A stretch of 52,676 nucleotides of DNA from a virus (taxonomy: Duplodnaviria > Caudoviricetes), in the IMG/VR virus record IMGVR_UViG_3300047287_000308, positions 1 to 52,676 of that record. One strand, given 5' to 3'. Positions 1-9,111 of the stretch are shown piece after piece. The translations under genes and the position numbers were made by a program. Each line of letters starts with the position of its first letter. Positions within the stretch are counted from its first letter, which is position 1. The notes under the pieces are model-generated. The model saw nothing but the letters and a program-made list of their open reading frames with translations, ran no database searches and was not told the DNA's origin.

Positions 1-1015
1 CAATAATAATAACAACCCTCAGAATATTACTCTGTCAGTTATACCCAATGTAGGGCTTTCCCTAACAGGGACTACCTTAACGACTTTGTACAACACCCTG
101 ACAAGAGATGCTGAAAGTAGCGTACCAGTAGGTGGTGCACAGGCCATGGCAGCTTCAGTTTGGAAGACAAAAACCCTAGTGCAGGTTTTAGATACCATAC
201 TCTTCCCAGAGTTGCTACCGACATACACAATTCCTACTTTGTCGTTTTCTTATTCTCAGTCCGGAGTTAAAGAGGTCGGTGTTTTAATCTCTCAGGAATT
301 AAGCGTATCAGGTATTAAAAACGACGCAGGAGCATTCACGTCTTTAGTGATTAACCGCGATAGTTCTGAAATACAATCAGATTCTTCCCCTTCTGCTACA
401 GCTTACACAAATATCCCTAGTCAATTCGGATACTCGGACCCTAATAACCCTAACTATTCGTATACTTTGGAGTATACAGACTCTTATACAGTGCCTTTAG
501 GCGATACTGTCTGGGATTCCTCTGGGTCATTCGATGCAGGTTTGGCTAAAAAGAATAGTAAAGATGTTACTGATTCCCGTTCTGCAGCTCTACTATCCGT
601 AAACGCACCGCAGTCTGCTGGGTCTCTGCAGTCTGCTTCTGCTACTGTTACGGGCATCTATCCATATTTCTGGGGTAAGACCTCCTCAGCTCCCTCGGCT
701 GCTTCTATTGCTGCTGCAATCTCTGTTGGGACTGAGACCAAAGTTCTAGCGGTATCTAGTGGAACAGTACAAGCTACATTTGACGCAGCAGCAGAGTATG
801 TATGGTTCGCCCATCCTGCATCTGAGACCACAAAGACAAAATGGTTTAACACCGCGCTTAACCAAGGGACAATTGGGGCTGGACAGTTCATTCTTACTCC
901 TGTCACCAACAATGTTGATTCTCCTGACGGGTATTGGTCTGGTGTTAGTTATAAAATTTACGTTAGTGATTACCCGACCAATACGGTAGGGTCTATTCAA
1001 TTACTGAACTCTTGA
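1..1015 (+). CDS. Virion structural/tail-fibre-associated protein, 5'-truncated by window edge
   Basis: Frame of the 86..1015 ORF is open back to position 2; Ser/Thr/Gly-rich beta composition; first gene of a tightly packed structural operon. Confidence 0.6.
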   Translation, partial: NNNNNPQNITLSVIPNVGLSLTGTTLTTLYNTLTRDAESSVPVGGAQAMAASVWKTKTLVQVLDTILFPELLPTYTIPTLSFSYSQSGVKEVGVLISQELSVSGIKNDAGAFTSLVINRDSSEIQSDSSPSATAYTNIPSQFGYSDPNNPNYSYTLEYTDSYTVPLGDTVWDSSGSFDAGLAKKNSKDVTDSRSAALLSVNAPQSAGSLQSASATVTGIYPYFWGKTSSAPSAASIAAAISVGTETKVLAVSSGTVQATFDAAAEYVWFAHPASETTKTKWFNTALNQGTIGAGQFILTPVTNNVDSPDGYWSGVSYKIYVSDYPTNTVGSIQLLNS

Positions 1016-1022
1016 TACTGAG

Positions 1023-1631
1023 ATGTCAATTAACCTCAACGACAACCTGATAGTCCAAGCCCCTAAGGCCACTGATGATCGCTATGGCCCTTATGAAAGC
1101 GAAGCCGAGGCTACCTCATCTATTGAGAATATTGTTCGCTATCAGGGTCTTACAGCAGGAGTAATAGTAGGAGGTGAGGTTGTAGACTATTGGTTTAAAG
1201 ACGGCATTGCTGACTTAGATTTTGTTGTAAAGACAACTGGTGGGTCTGGGGGAACCGCAGGAATAGTGGGGGATATTGGGTTTGCTTGCTCAGACGAAAT
1301 TACTGATTTGACCACTGGTTTAAGACTTACATTTCACGCACCCTACTCATTAGATATTAGTCAAATAAAATTAAGCTGTAACTCTCCACCTTTAGGTAGC
1401 AATCTAATAGTAGACATCAAAGATAATGGTACATCAATTTTTACTGATAAGCCATTCGTACCTGACGGAGCTGAAATTGAAAGCAGTGTCTACACCCTAA
1501 CAAGTGCTCCTGACCCCTATGTTCTAAACGTAGATAACGAGGTCACGGTATTTATTGATCAAGTCGGCAGCACAAGTGCCGGTAGGGGTTTGAAGGTATG
1601 GTTGTTAGGAAATAAAACTGTTATTGTGTAA
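1023..1631 (+). CDS. Virion structural protein (two small beta modules)
   Basis: 202 aa; paralogous along its length to the N-terminal ~190 aa of the next gene (MSINLNDNL..APKA.D.RYGPY..RYQGLTAGV..YWFK). Confidence 0.6.
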   Translation: MSINLNDNLIVQAPKATDDRYGPYESEAEATSSIENIVRYQGLTAGVIVGGEVVDYWFKDGIADLDFVVKTTGGSGGTAGIVGDIGFACSDEITDLTTGLRLTFHAPYSLDISQIKLSCNSPPLGSNLIVDIKDNGTSIFTDKPFVPDGAEIESSVYTLTSAPDPYVLNVDNEVTVFIDQVGSTSAGRGLKVWLLGNKTVIV

Positions 1632-3856
1632 TGGCTATTAATTTAAATGACAACCTGCAGATCCAAGCCCCCAAAGCTGCTGATGAGAGGTACGGCCCTT
1701 ACAATAGCGAGTCCGAAGCTCTATTAGCGTTGGGTTCTACTGTTCGTTACCAAGGTTTAACAGCGGGAGTCTTCATATCAGGGGAGTTAAAAGAGTATTG
1801 GTTTAAATCAGGTGTTTCTGACATCGATTTTGTAGTCAAGGAGAGTGGCGGGTCAATAACTCCAGCTGAGCTTAGCTATGAAATTGGGGTTTGTGTTTCA
1901 AATGAAATTACCCCAATATACCCTGGAATTAGATATACTCTAAAATCTCCTTACATTATGAAGTTTGACAAGATCAGACTTAGTAGCAATACTCCTCCAG
2001 TAGGGGGGGATGTTGTAGTAGACGTAAGAGTCTCTGGAGAATCTATCCTGTCTTCTCCCCTGACAATTCCAGAGGGTCAAACTGTCGATAGTAGCCTTGT
2101 AACTTTTTTCAAGGATTCTGTTGTTACAGGGGAGACTATAGAGATTATAACTTCAAGCGTGGGATTTACCACCGCAGCCACTGGACTGAAGGTTTGGATA
2201 TCTGGGGTAGAGCTTCCATGTGACCAACCTTATTATGTTTACGAGTCGGGGATAGGAAATCATTTAACTTACGGAGGGTGCAATACCAATGTTAACCCTT
2301 ATTGTGTCACTGATTTGTCTCATGTGTGGCAAAATTGCACCGGGTTGACGAGTTTCCCCAAGCTCTACACAATATCCTGTACTGATTTTTCGTCCACGTG
2401 GTCTGGTTGTACTGGGTTAATATCTTTCCCCCTGATAGATACCAGTAAAGGTATCACTTTTAACGGGACATGGAGTGGTTGCACAGGGTTATTATCATTC
2501 CCGGTTCTGGATGTCAGCTCCGGGGAAGATTTTTCCAATGCATGGGTTGGCTGTACTTTTACCTCCTTCCCCTTATTAAATTTTAGCAACGCAACAAATG
2601 TTTCATTTAGCTGGTCGTATTGTTCTAACTTAACTTCTTTCCCAGCTATAAATACTAGCTCTGTGACCAATTTTAATAGTTCGTGGTCATATTGTTCAAG
2701 TTTAAGTTCCTTCCCTACTATTGATACAAGCTCGGGGGTAAATTTTACTAGCTCATGGGCCTTATGTTCTGATTTGGCCTCCTTCCCATCTTTGGATACG
2801 AGTTCAGGCAGCATTTTCCAAAGCACCTGGGCTTTTTGCTCAAGTCTGACATCTTTTCCAACTTTAGATGTAAGTTCTGGTACTACATTTAACGGGGCTT
2901 GGATGTACTGCTCCAATCTGAGAAATTTCCCGGCAAATATGTTTGATAGCTGTACCGCAACTGACTTTTTTGACGCCTGGCAAAGTTGTAACCTAAGCTA
3001 TACCAGTGTAAATAATATTTTAATCTCCCTGGATACGGCTGGTCAGAGCAATGGAGTGGTTAATCTCGACGGGGGGTCCTCTGCAGGTCCGGCCCTTGGT
3101 GGTATAACCGCTATGAATAATCTAATATCAAAGGGGTGGACTGTACAGACTAATACCCCGATACTAGGCACTCCTTGGACCCCGGCGGACATAGCCACCA
3201 TACTATGGTTTGACTTCTCCGATGTTTCAACTCTTACAACCAGTGGCGGATTTTTAACCCAGGTTAATGACAAGTCTGGTAATAATAATCATGCATATCA
3301 GTCTAATAGCGCAAAAAGGCCAACTCTCGGTGAGCTCTCCGGAAATACGTGTATGGTTACAACTAGCTCCCAGTATGTAGAAGTCTCTGGAGGGTCTCTC
3401 TCAGGAATAAGATCCTATGTTAGTGTTGTTGAATTTGCTTCCACCGCTGCTAATCAATTCTTAGTAGGTGCATCTGGCCCGTATGACTTCCACGGTTCAA
3501 ATAGTAACTATTTGCTCTCGTCTTCTTTTGCTTCCTCTAATATAACAGGTGGAAGCGGCTGGGTCAGCGGTACGGCTATTGCCCCTCTGAGTATGGTAAA
3601 AATTACCAGTGTTACTGCTTATGAATTTAATACCATTGGTAATGTGACTATTGGGCAATTCTCTGCGGATAGAAATAATGCTTATGGATCACGTAGTCTT
3701 ATCGGTAAAACGTGTGAGATAATTGCTTGCTCATCCGTTTTGTCAACTACTGATAGACAAAAACTAGAAGGGTATCTGGCTCACAAGTGGGGGTTTACAG
3801 CCGATTTACCCTCTGGCCATCCCTATAAATCTCTTCCTCCTTTTAATTCTCCTTAA
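1631..3856 (+). CDS. Tail-fibre/adhesin-like protein with BspA/DUF285-like leucine-rich repeats and C-terminal lectin-like domain
   Basis: 741 aa; 24-aa WxxCxxLxSFPxxDTSSGxxFxxx repeats; C-terminal WFDFSD..DKSGNNNHA..EGYLAHKWG..HPYK module common in phage fibres. Confidence 0.65.
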   Translation: MAINLNDNLQIQAPKAADERYGPYNSESEALLALGSTVRYQGLTAGVFISGELKEYWFKSGVSDIDFVVKESGGSITPAELSYEIGVCVSNEITPIYPGIRYTLKSPYIMKFDKIRLSSNTPPVGGDVVVDVRVSGESILSSPLTIPEGQTVDSSLVTFFKDSVVTGETIEIITSSVGFTTAATGLKVWISGVELPCDQPYYVYESGIGNHLTYGGCNTNVNPYCVTDLSHVWQNCTGLTSFPKLYTISCTDFSSTWSGCTGLISFPLIDTSKGITFNGTWSGCTGLLSFPVLDVSSGEDFSNAWVGCTFTSFPLLNFSNATNVSFSWSYCSNLTSFPAINTSSVTNFNSSWSYCSSLSSFPTIDTSSGVNFTSSWALCSDLASFPSLDTSSGSIFQSTWAFCSSLTSFPTLDVSSGTTFNGAWMYCSNLRNFPANMFDSCTATDFFDAWQSCNLSYTSVNNILISLDTAGQSNGVVNLDGGSSAGPALGGITAMNNLISKGWTVQTNTPILGTPWTPADIATILWFDFSDVSTLTTSGGFLTQVNDKSGNNNHAYQSNSAKRPTLGELSGNTCMVTTSSQYVEVSGGSLSGIRSYVSVVEFASTAANQFLVGASGPYDFHGSNSNYLLSSSFASSNITGGSGWVSGTAIAPLSMVKITSVTAYEFNTIGNVTIGQFSADRNNAYGSRSLIGKTCEIIACSSVLSTTDRQKLEGYLAHKWGFTADLPSGHPYKSLPPFNSP
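2327..2990 (+). repeat. Coding tandem repeat, about 9 x 72 bp (24-aa LRR units)
   Basis: WQNCTGLTSFP, WSGCTGLISFP, WSGCTGLLSFP, WVGCTFTSFP, WSYCSNLTSFP, WSYCSSLSSFP, WALCSDLASFP, WAFCSSLTSFP, WMYCSNLRNFP. Confidence 0.9.
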
Positions 3857-3861
3857 TAAAA

Positions 3862-5259
3862 ATGAGTTTTATTCTGAACCCCTACTGGCACAAAGAACCT
3901 CGGACCTGGGTTAGGGAAATAACGTTTAACGCTGGTGTAACACCAGGAGGAGCCAACATACTTACAGATGAAGAAGGAAATGTCTTTCATTTAGTTCCTG
4001 TGTATGTAAGCTCTTCCCCCATACCCCTTTACGAGCCGTCTGTAATAGTAACAAAATTTTCGTCCAATGGGAGTTTACTGTGGAGTAAACACATCAATAG
4101 AGAGCTGGGATTTCAAAATCAAATGACCATAACTTATGATTATAATTGGTTTGCTGCCCTTGGCCCACAAGGTTTAATAATTGTAGCAGGGTCTGGGAAC
4201 GATGCTGAAGACACAGCACCTTCAAGATATACTAAAGTCCTTTGTCTGTCTGAACTAGATGGTAGTTTAAAATGGGCTAAATCTTTATCTAGAACACCAC
4301 TTGGTGGATATGGTCAACCTAGATGCTTTTTTTCTAATGTAACTGCTAATAGTATAACTGGGCACACATATTTAGTATTCTCGTATGGAAACTATGGTTA
4401 CAATGCGAGTGAGATGACGGTGATAACATTAGGTCCAGACGGGAGTATCACAGGTGCGGTTTCTTCTAGTCTCCCCTCGTCGTCTGGTCCCCTTCCAATT
4501 AAAGGAGGAATAACAAATCAAGATGGCGCTGTAGCTTTAAATGCTGTTGGTAGCTTTGGTAGTTGTACTTTATTGTTAAATTCAGATGGCAGTATCAATA
4601 GAGGAATGAGAGTATATGCGGGAATATCTCTAAGAAACCTCGCTTCTCTTAAGCAAAATGGTAATATTTTATGGCCTTCAGAGCAAGGGGTTGTTGAGTT
4701 TAACTCAGACCTAACTTCTGTAGACTCTCTCTACAGTTCTCTTGGTTCTATGTATAATATCCAAGAGCGAGCTGATGGGTCTTATGTAGCAATTAATAAC
4801 TTAACTGCTCCCGAATCAACGGGATGGGGGACTTTGACCCCTAACGTCTGGGGGAATAGCTCAATGTACGTAATTAATAGCAACTTTACTCAAATACAAG
4901 CTATAAGAGAGATCGGGTATGGTCCGGGCGCAGGTAGCCCTAATACATACCCGAAAGTTTCTGGAGCAAGTCCGAACGTGGATAGATATGTTGTAGCCTC
5001 CCCTTATGATTATGGCCTAGTAATTATCTCATTTAATGCTAGTTTTGAGTACGATAGGTATCAAACTTCTTCAAGTAACTACGTAAAATTTATGAGCCCT
5101 ACTGCGGGGCTCCCTAGAAGCATAACTGAAGGCAGCTTACCTATTGTATCGAATCCTTCTCTTAGTTATTCGGCCATAAGTACTATAATTAATGACTACT
5201 CTAGCTCAGTAGTAGTAGAAAATTCCACACAAATTTGGAGCTTCTATACTTCTCCTTGA
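3862..5259 (+). CDS. Putative beta-propeller virion protein
   Basis: 465 aa; N-terminal MSFILNPY; repeated KFSSNGSLLWSK / LSELDGSLKWAK / LGPDGSI / LNSDGSI blade-like motifs. Confidence 0.5.
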   Translation: MSFILNPYWHKEPRTWVREITFNAGVTPGGANILTDEEGNVFHLVPVYVSSSPIPLYEPSVIVTKFSSNGSLLWSKHINRELGFQNQMTITYDYNWFAALGPQGLIIVAGSGNDAEDTAPSRYTKVLCLSELDGSLKWAKSLSRTPLGGYGQPRCFFSNVTANSITGHTYLVFSYGNYGYNASEMTVITLGPDGSITGAVSSSLPSSSGPLPIKGGITNQDGAVALNAVGSFGSCTLLLNSDGSINRGMRVYAGISLRNLASLKQNGNILWPSEQGVVEFNSDLTSVDSLYSSLGSMYNIQERADGSYVAINNLTAPESTGWGTLTPNVWGNSSMYVINSNFTQIQAIREIGYGPGAGSPNTYPKVSGASPNVDRYVVASPYDYGLVIISFNASFEYDRYQTSSSNYVKFMSPTAGLPRSITEGSLPIVSNPSLSYSAISTIINDYSSSVVVENSTQIWSFYTSP

Positions 5260-5609
5260 GTGTTAATAAACTCACAGGTTTCAAGGATCGCTTTTAGAAA
5301 CTCCCCCGTCCATTTAGGGTTGGTTTTAATCGATCCTTTTTCTAGTGAGCTATCTGGTTCAAAGTTTGTCATGTCAAACTCCGGCTCTAGGTCCCACCTC
5401 ATGCTATTGATATCGGGCCAACCGTTTTTAACATAGGATAAAAACATTTCTCTTTTATTATCTAGCAGATATCTACCCCCTAGCAATTTCCACCTATCCC
5501 CCAAAAAGCAAAAGATATCGCCCTGGGACAGGACTACAACATCCCCTAGCTCAGCATCTTCTCTGAGTGGTAGCTGATTATTTCTCGGGTGAAGTCTGAC
5601 AACTTTCAT
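5244..5609 (-). CDS. Hypothetical protein
   Basis: 121 aa ATG ORF coupled (ATGA overlap) to an upstream small ORF. Confidence 0.6.
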   Translation of the reverse strand: MKVVRLHPRNNQLPLREDAELGDVVVLSQGDIFCFLGDRWKLLGGRYLLDNKREMFLSYVKNGWPDINSMRWDLEPEFDMTNFEPDSSLEKGSIKTNPKWTGEFLKAILETCEFINTQGEV

Positions 5610-5743
5610 TTTTTATCCTCAGAGAATAGTTCTTCCAGAGCTTTTTCTAACCTCTCAATAGCCATTACACAAAGGTATTCATTGCCAGAGACCTTAGCAT
5701 CGGCGTATGCGTCGATCATCGCCGCCAGCTCTTTTCTGTTCAT
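5606..5743 (-). CDS. Small hypothetical protein (45 aa, not in ORF track)
   Basis: Translated by hand: MNRKELAAMIDAYADAKVSGNEYLCVMAIERLEKALEELFSEDKK; stop overlaps the next start. Confidence 0.7.
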   Translation of the reverse strand: MNRKELAAMIDAYADAKVSGNEYLCVMAIERLEKALEELFSEDKK

Positions 5744-5746
5744 TTG

Positions 5747-5763
5747 GGTTAAAGGTTCATAGA
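5747..5763 (+). promoter_or_regulatory. Putative late promoter motif
   Basis: GGTTAAAG-gttca-TAGA upstream of ATG 5778. Confidence 0.6.
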
Positions 5764-5777
5764 ACTATAAACGATTT

Positions 5778-6062
5778 ATGGCCCAAAATGTCCAGGAACT
5801 AGACATTTCTCAGACTTACAGGAACCTCTTATTCAATGACCTGACCTCGACTACTCAAGGTATTCCTGTAAATCTAAATGTTGTCAGCCGACGAGACGAG
5901 GCCAGAATCCAAGACGGGTCGGGCAAATCCAGTCCGCTACTGATTAGTCAAACCGAAGTCTCGTTAGAAGTCTCACCGACCTACCTTGACTCTGTAGTTC
6001 GTCTTCAGGAAGTTATCGACGCAGCTACAATCGCTCAAAACCACTCTATTGTCTGGAGCTAA
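5778..6062 (+). CDS. Hypothetical virion protein
   Basis: 94 aa ORF directly behind a late motif. Confidence 0.6.
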   Translation: MAQNVQELDISQTYRNLLFNDLTSTTQGIPVNLNVVSRRDEARIQDGSGKSSPLLISQTEVSLEVSPTYLDSVVRLQEVIDAATIAQNHSIVWS

Positions 6063-6064
6063 TA

Positions 6065-6442
6065 ATGTCTTATTCTTATAACGTGTTTGAATCGTCTTGT
6101 AGTATTAACATCGCCACTTCCGAAGAGTTTGCGACTGTTCCTATCGACCCTCTCGCCGCTCCTGTCGGAGGTCATGTTGTTGTTCTGTCGATTGTTGTTA
6201 GTAATCGCTCTGAATCTGATAGCGTACCTGTGAGTCTTGCCTTGCAGAAGAACGACTCTGCGAATAACTGCAGTCTTTGTAAAGATCTACCGATTCCCAT
6301 TAATACTCTGTACAACCTAAATGCTAGTGCTAAGATTGTGTTAAACAGAGAGGACCAGCTCAAGATCTGGGCTGATCCTTCTGGGGAAGATCTGGTTGAT
6401 GTTACTGTGTCTTATGCAGTTTACACCCCGGCTTCAGTATAA
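6065..6442 (+). CDS. Hypothetical beta-sandwich virion protein
   Basis: 125 aa; SIVVSN..PIPINT..KIVLNREDQLKI..VDVTVSYA pattern of small phage structural proteins. Confidence 0.55.
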   Translation: MSYSYNVFESSCSINIATSEEFATVPIDPLAAPVGGHVVVLSIVVSNRSESDSVPVSLALQKNDSANNCSLCKDLPIPINTLYNLNASAKIVLNREDQLKIWADPSGEDLVDVTVSYAVYTPASV

Positions 6443-7153
6443 GTCGGCGTAGGACTTGATAACGTTTCTGACAAATCCAGAACGTACAATATCTCCAAAA
6501 CCAAACTGCACACCACCAACTTCAGGCACTGAAGCAAGTCGTCTAGCTGCATCACTAAGACCATCAGCACCAAATCTACTTGCCAGGTCGCGCTGTACAA
6601 CGTCACCCAGCAAGGCGATCTTAGAATCATTTCCTAGACGGGTAAGCACGGTCATGACACTGTGCGTAGTTGCGTTTTGCATTTCGTCAGCGATGATCAT
6701 GCAGCGGTTCAGAGAGCGTCCGCGTAGATGCTCCAGCGGTAGGAACTCGATGATCTTCTTGTTGAAGATGTAGTCCGACTTGCCCTTGGACATGAACACT
6801 TCTAACGAGTCCTTTACCGGTGCGATGTGGGGGGCGACTTTTTCATTCAGGTCACCAGGTAAGAACCCCAGACCTTGTTCGCCTACTACCTCAACGATGG
6901 GTTTTACATAGTACACTTTGTCAATCTGTCGTTTGCTGAGCAACTCGCAGGCTACGTACACAGAGAGCAGGGTTTTTGCAGTACCAGGGGGGCCGGTGAG
7001 AATGGTTAGAGTATTACTCCTAAGGCTGTTGAGCGCATCAGATTGAGACTTATTCATAGGCTGAATTTGCCTCGGTTGTTCAAACTTGTAAATGACGGAC
7101 TCAACTGCCATTTGGTCGTCTTCGATGCGCTGACGCCGGGTTTTTCTGGACAT
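6434..7153 (-). CDS. phoH: PhoH family ATPase
   Basis: GPPGTAKT Walker A, LGFLPGDLNEK, RGRSL, IIADEMQN, GDVVQRD, IVRSGFV; ATG 7153 preferred over TTG 7186. Confidence 0.95.
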   Translation of the reverse strand: MSRKTRRQRIEDDQMAVESVIYKFEQPRQIQPMNKSQSDALNSLRSNTLTILTGPPGTAKTLLSVYVACELLSKRQIDKVYYVKPIVEVVGEQGLGFLPGDLNEKVAPHIAPVKDSLEVFMSKGKSDYIFNKKIIEFLPLEHLRGRSLNRCMIIADEMQNATTHSVMTVLTRLGNDSKIALLGDVVQRDLASRFGADGLSDAARRLASVPEVGGVQFGFGDIVRSGFVRNVIKSYADLY

Positions 7154-7184
7154 TATCAGAGTTGTTTTGATATGAAATAAGTAC

Positions 7185-7218
7185 AAAAAAGCCCCGGCAA
7201 CCCTGCGGCCCCGGAGCT
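7185..7218 (-). terminator. Intrinsic terminator-like hairpin in the phoH leader
   Basis: Minus strand AGCTCCGG-N13-CCGGGGCT followed by a T-tract. Confidence 0.7.
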
Positions 7219-7252
7219 ACTTCAGTGATGTTTATTCACTATGGAGTACTTA

Positions 7253-7269
7253 TCTACATATCTTTAAAC
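7253..7269 (-). promoter_or_regulatory. Putative late promoter motif upstream of phoH
   Basis: Minus strand GTTTAAAG-atatg-TAGA. Confidence 0.55.
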
Positions 7270-7839
7270 TTACCACTCCCAGCAAGTGATGTCAAAGAGG
7301 TCGGGAATACTCTCCTTGATGGTATCAAGCTCGTAAACTCCAGTTCTAGGCAAGTTATTTTTTAATGAATAGTAGTAAGCATCATTTTCCCTCATACGAA
7401 TATCTACATTACGATCAACCCACCAGGAAGAGGCTTGGGGATTCTCGCTGATTAATTCAGCTCTGTGACGTTGAATCAGAATGTCTTTGTCGCTGTTCTT
7501 CAGGACAATGTAAATCATCCCATCGCGACTAATACCTCGATACGCAGAGTCAACAATCTTGACAAACTCATCGTCGAAAAAGCCCATCTGTCTACGATAA
7601 TCTTCGTAGAAGATCATATCTTGTACGAACCTGTCACAAAAGAGATAGTCCATACCTTCACAAGGCAAACCCCTGACCGGGTTGAGAAATTGATCGATAG
7701 GAGAATGGTCTTGAGGTGAGATACCGCTGAAGTGAAGACTGTGCCAGACCTTTAGCTGTTCTGTGGCTTGGCCCTGCCATTTCTTAATCGCAGTGCTTTT
7801 TCCGACCCGGTCCGCGCCAAGTACGATGAAAGTTTTCAT
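7270..7839 (-). CDS. P-loop nucleoside monophosphate kinase (thymidylate-kinase-like)
   Basis: N-terminal IVLGADRVGKST Walker A and FCDRF (DR motif of dTMP kinases). Confidence 0.7.
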   Translation of the reverse strand: MKTFIVLGADRVGKSTAIKKWQGQATEQLKVWHSLHFSGISPQDHSPIDQFLNPVRGLPCEGMDYLFCDRFVQDMIFYEDYRRQMGFFDDEFVKIVDSAYRGISRDGMIYIVLKNSDKDILIQRHRAELISENPQASSWWVDRNVDIRMRENDAYYYSLKNNLPRTGVYELDTIKESIPDLFDITCWEW

Positions 7840-7859
7840 GATCTGAGGATAACAGTCTT

Positions 7860-7889
7860 ATTGTAGCACCTAACACCGTTTAAAGTCAA
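7860..7889 (-). promoter_or_regulatory. Host sigma70-type promoter
   Basis: Minus strand TTGACT-18-TACAAT with extended-10 TG. Confidence 0.65.
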
Positions 7890-7894
7890 GTATG
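7878..7894 (+). promoter_or_regulatory. Putative late promoter motif
   Basis: GTTTAAAG-tcaag-T-ATG(7892). Confidence 0.55.
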
Positions 7895-8224
7895 ACAGAC
7901 ACTCCAGCGCTGAGGTGGGGGGCAAGGGCCACCTCCGATCCAACCCACGATCTGCAGTTTTTGCAAGATTCGTATGACGATGACCACGACTTTGCAAGAC
8001 GCGGAGAATTGTTCATCAACGAACCTCTTCAAGAAGGTTACTATGTCGATTGTGACGGCGTTGCGAGACGACTGGGTGATCTGTCTCCGGTATTGTTCTC
8101 TCGTATCAACTTTACCGGGTTACGCGAGTTTGCCGATGATACTGCCGCTGCCGCTGCGTCTCCTGCCGTACCTGTTGGTGGAATGTACCACACTGCCGGT
8201 GTATTAAAGGTAAGAAGAGTTTAA
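7892..8224 (+). CDS. Hypothetical virion protein
   Basis: 110 aa; C-terminal FADDTAAAAA..VPVGGMYHTAGVLKVR resembles short tail-fibre terminal motifs. Confidence 0.6.
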   Translation: MTDTPALRWGARATSDPTHDLQFLQDSYDDDHDFARRGELFINEPLQEGYYVDCDGVARRLGDLSPVLFSRINFTGLREFADDTAAAAASPAVPVGGMYHTAGVLKVRRV

Positions 8225-8235
8225 AGTTACATAGA
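8219..8235 (+). promoter_or_regulatory. Putative late promoter motif
   Basis: GTTTAAAG-ttaca-TAGA upstream of ATG 8246. Confidence 0.6.
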
Positions 8236-8245
8236 AAATACCACC

Positions 8246-8707
8246 ATGACAGCTTTAAAACCCGGATTTCAGTCTGAATTCAAACGGCGCACCTATGAGT
8301 TCCTCAAAAAGGTATCTGCGTCGGAGTGGGTAAAGGGGCTTAAACTCCCTAAGACTGCTGACGGCCTGGATAAAGAGAAGACTTACGATGCGTTTCATTC
8401 TATTGTAACGTCTTTGCTGTCCAGCTCCTATACCCCCGTATCGGCTACTGACAATCTGTCAGGGGGTCTGGCTGTGCTGGAAAAGTGTCTTGGTGACTCT
8501 GTCAGTGAGAATTTTCAATTCATGGTGACTTGTTTTAACCTCTGCGAGGCGATCAGCACCGTTGTTGATTCCGTCCCTGCACCGGAGCCGGTTGTCGAAG
8601 CTCCTGCACCGACGGCCGAATCTGAACCCGCTCCTGAGGTCGAAACCCCCGTCTCAGTTGTCGAACCTACCCCTGAAATCACATCTACTGTTCCTGGAGA
8701 AAACTGA
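8246..8707 (+). CDS. Hypothetical helical protein with Pro/Glu-rich tail
   Basis: 153 aa; shares ENFQFMVTCFNLCEA motif with next gene. Confidence 0.65.
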   Translation: MTALKPGFQSEFKRRTYEFLKKVSASEWVKGLKLPKTADGLDKEKTYDAFHSIVTSLLSSSYTPVSATDNLSGGLAVLEKCLGDSVSENFQFMVTCFNLCEAISTVVDSVPAPEPVVEAPAPTAESEPAPEVETPVSVVEPTPEITSTVPGEN

Positions 8708-9102
8708 TGTTCGTGTATAACTATGACCTGTACAGAGTACTAGGCATTCAATTCTCTTTCAAACAAACCCTGTCAGATCAGCTTCCGTTCTTTACTTGGA
8801 CTGTTAGTGCCTACGACGAGCCCGGTAACACACCTGAAATCCGTGATGCCCTAACTGAGAAAGTAATCGAGTGCGGACCGGCTATGGGGTTTGCCGAGAA
8901 GCAGTACGTCTACGAACTGCTTAAACTTATCTTCCAAGCTGCTGATGACATGTGGAGTACAGACCCTGAACCATATGATAGGCTCACTAAGGCTCTAGTG
9001 TCCGTAGAGCATTACTCCGGTATTGCTGGCGAAGAAGATTTCAATTTCATGGTAGCTGTTTTTAATTTTCTTGAGGCTTATATCGGCGCTTACGGGGTCT
9101 GA
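8707..9102 (+). CDS. Hypothetical protein, probable paralogue of upstream gene
   Basis: 131 aa; EDFNFMVAVFNFLEA; TGATG coupling. Confidence 0.65.
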   Translation: MFVYNYDLYRVLGIQFSFKQTLSDQLPFFTWTVSAYDEPGNTPEIRDALTEKVIECGPAMGFAEKQYVYELLKLIFQAADDMWSTDPEPYDRLTKALVSVEHYSGIAGEEDFNFMVAVFNFLEAYIGAYGV

Positions 9103-9111
9103 AGTTAACGT

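Noticed and set aside
2327-2990. 72-bp periodic repeats as CRISPR or DGR repeats
   Set aside because: In-frame, synonymous-diverged protein repeats; no constant repeat/unique spacer pattern and no RT or cas gene
7250-7270. Pho box upstream of phoH (motif resembles a PyTTAAPyPy half-site)
   Set aside because: Single copy rather than 11-bp-spaced tandem repeats, and the same motif precedes structural genes
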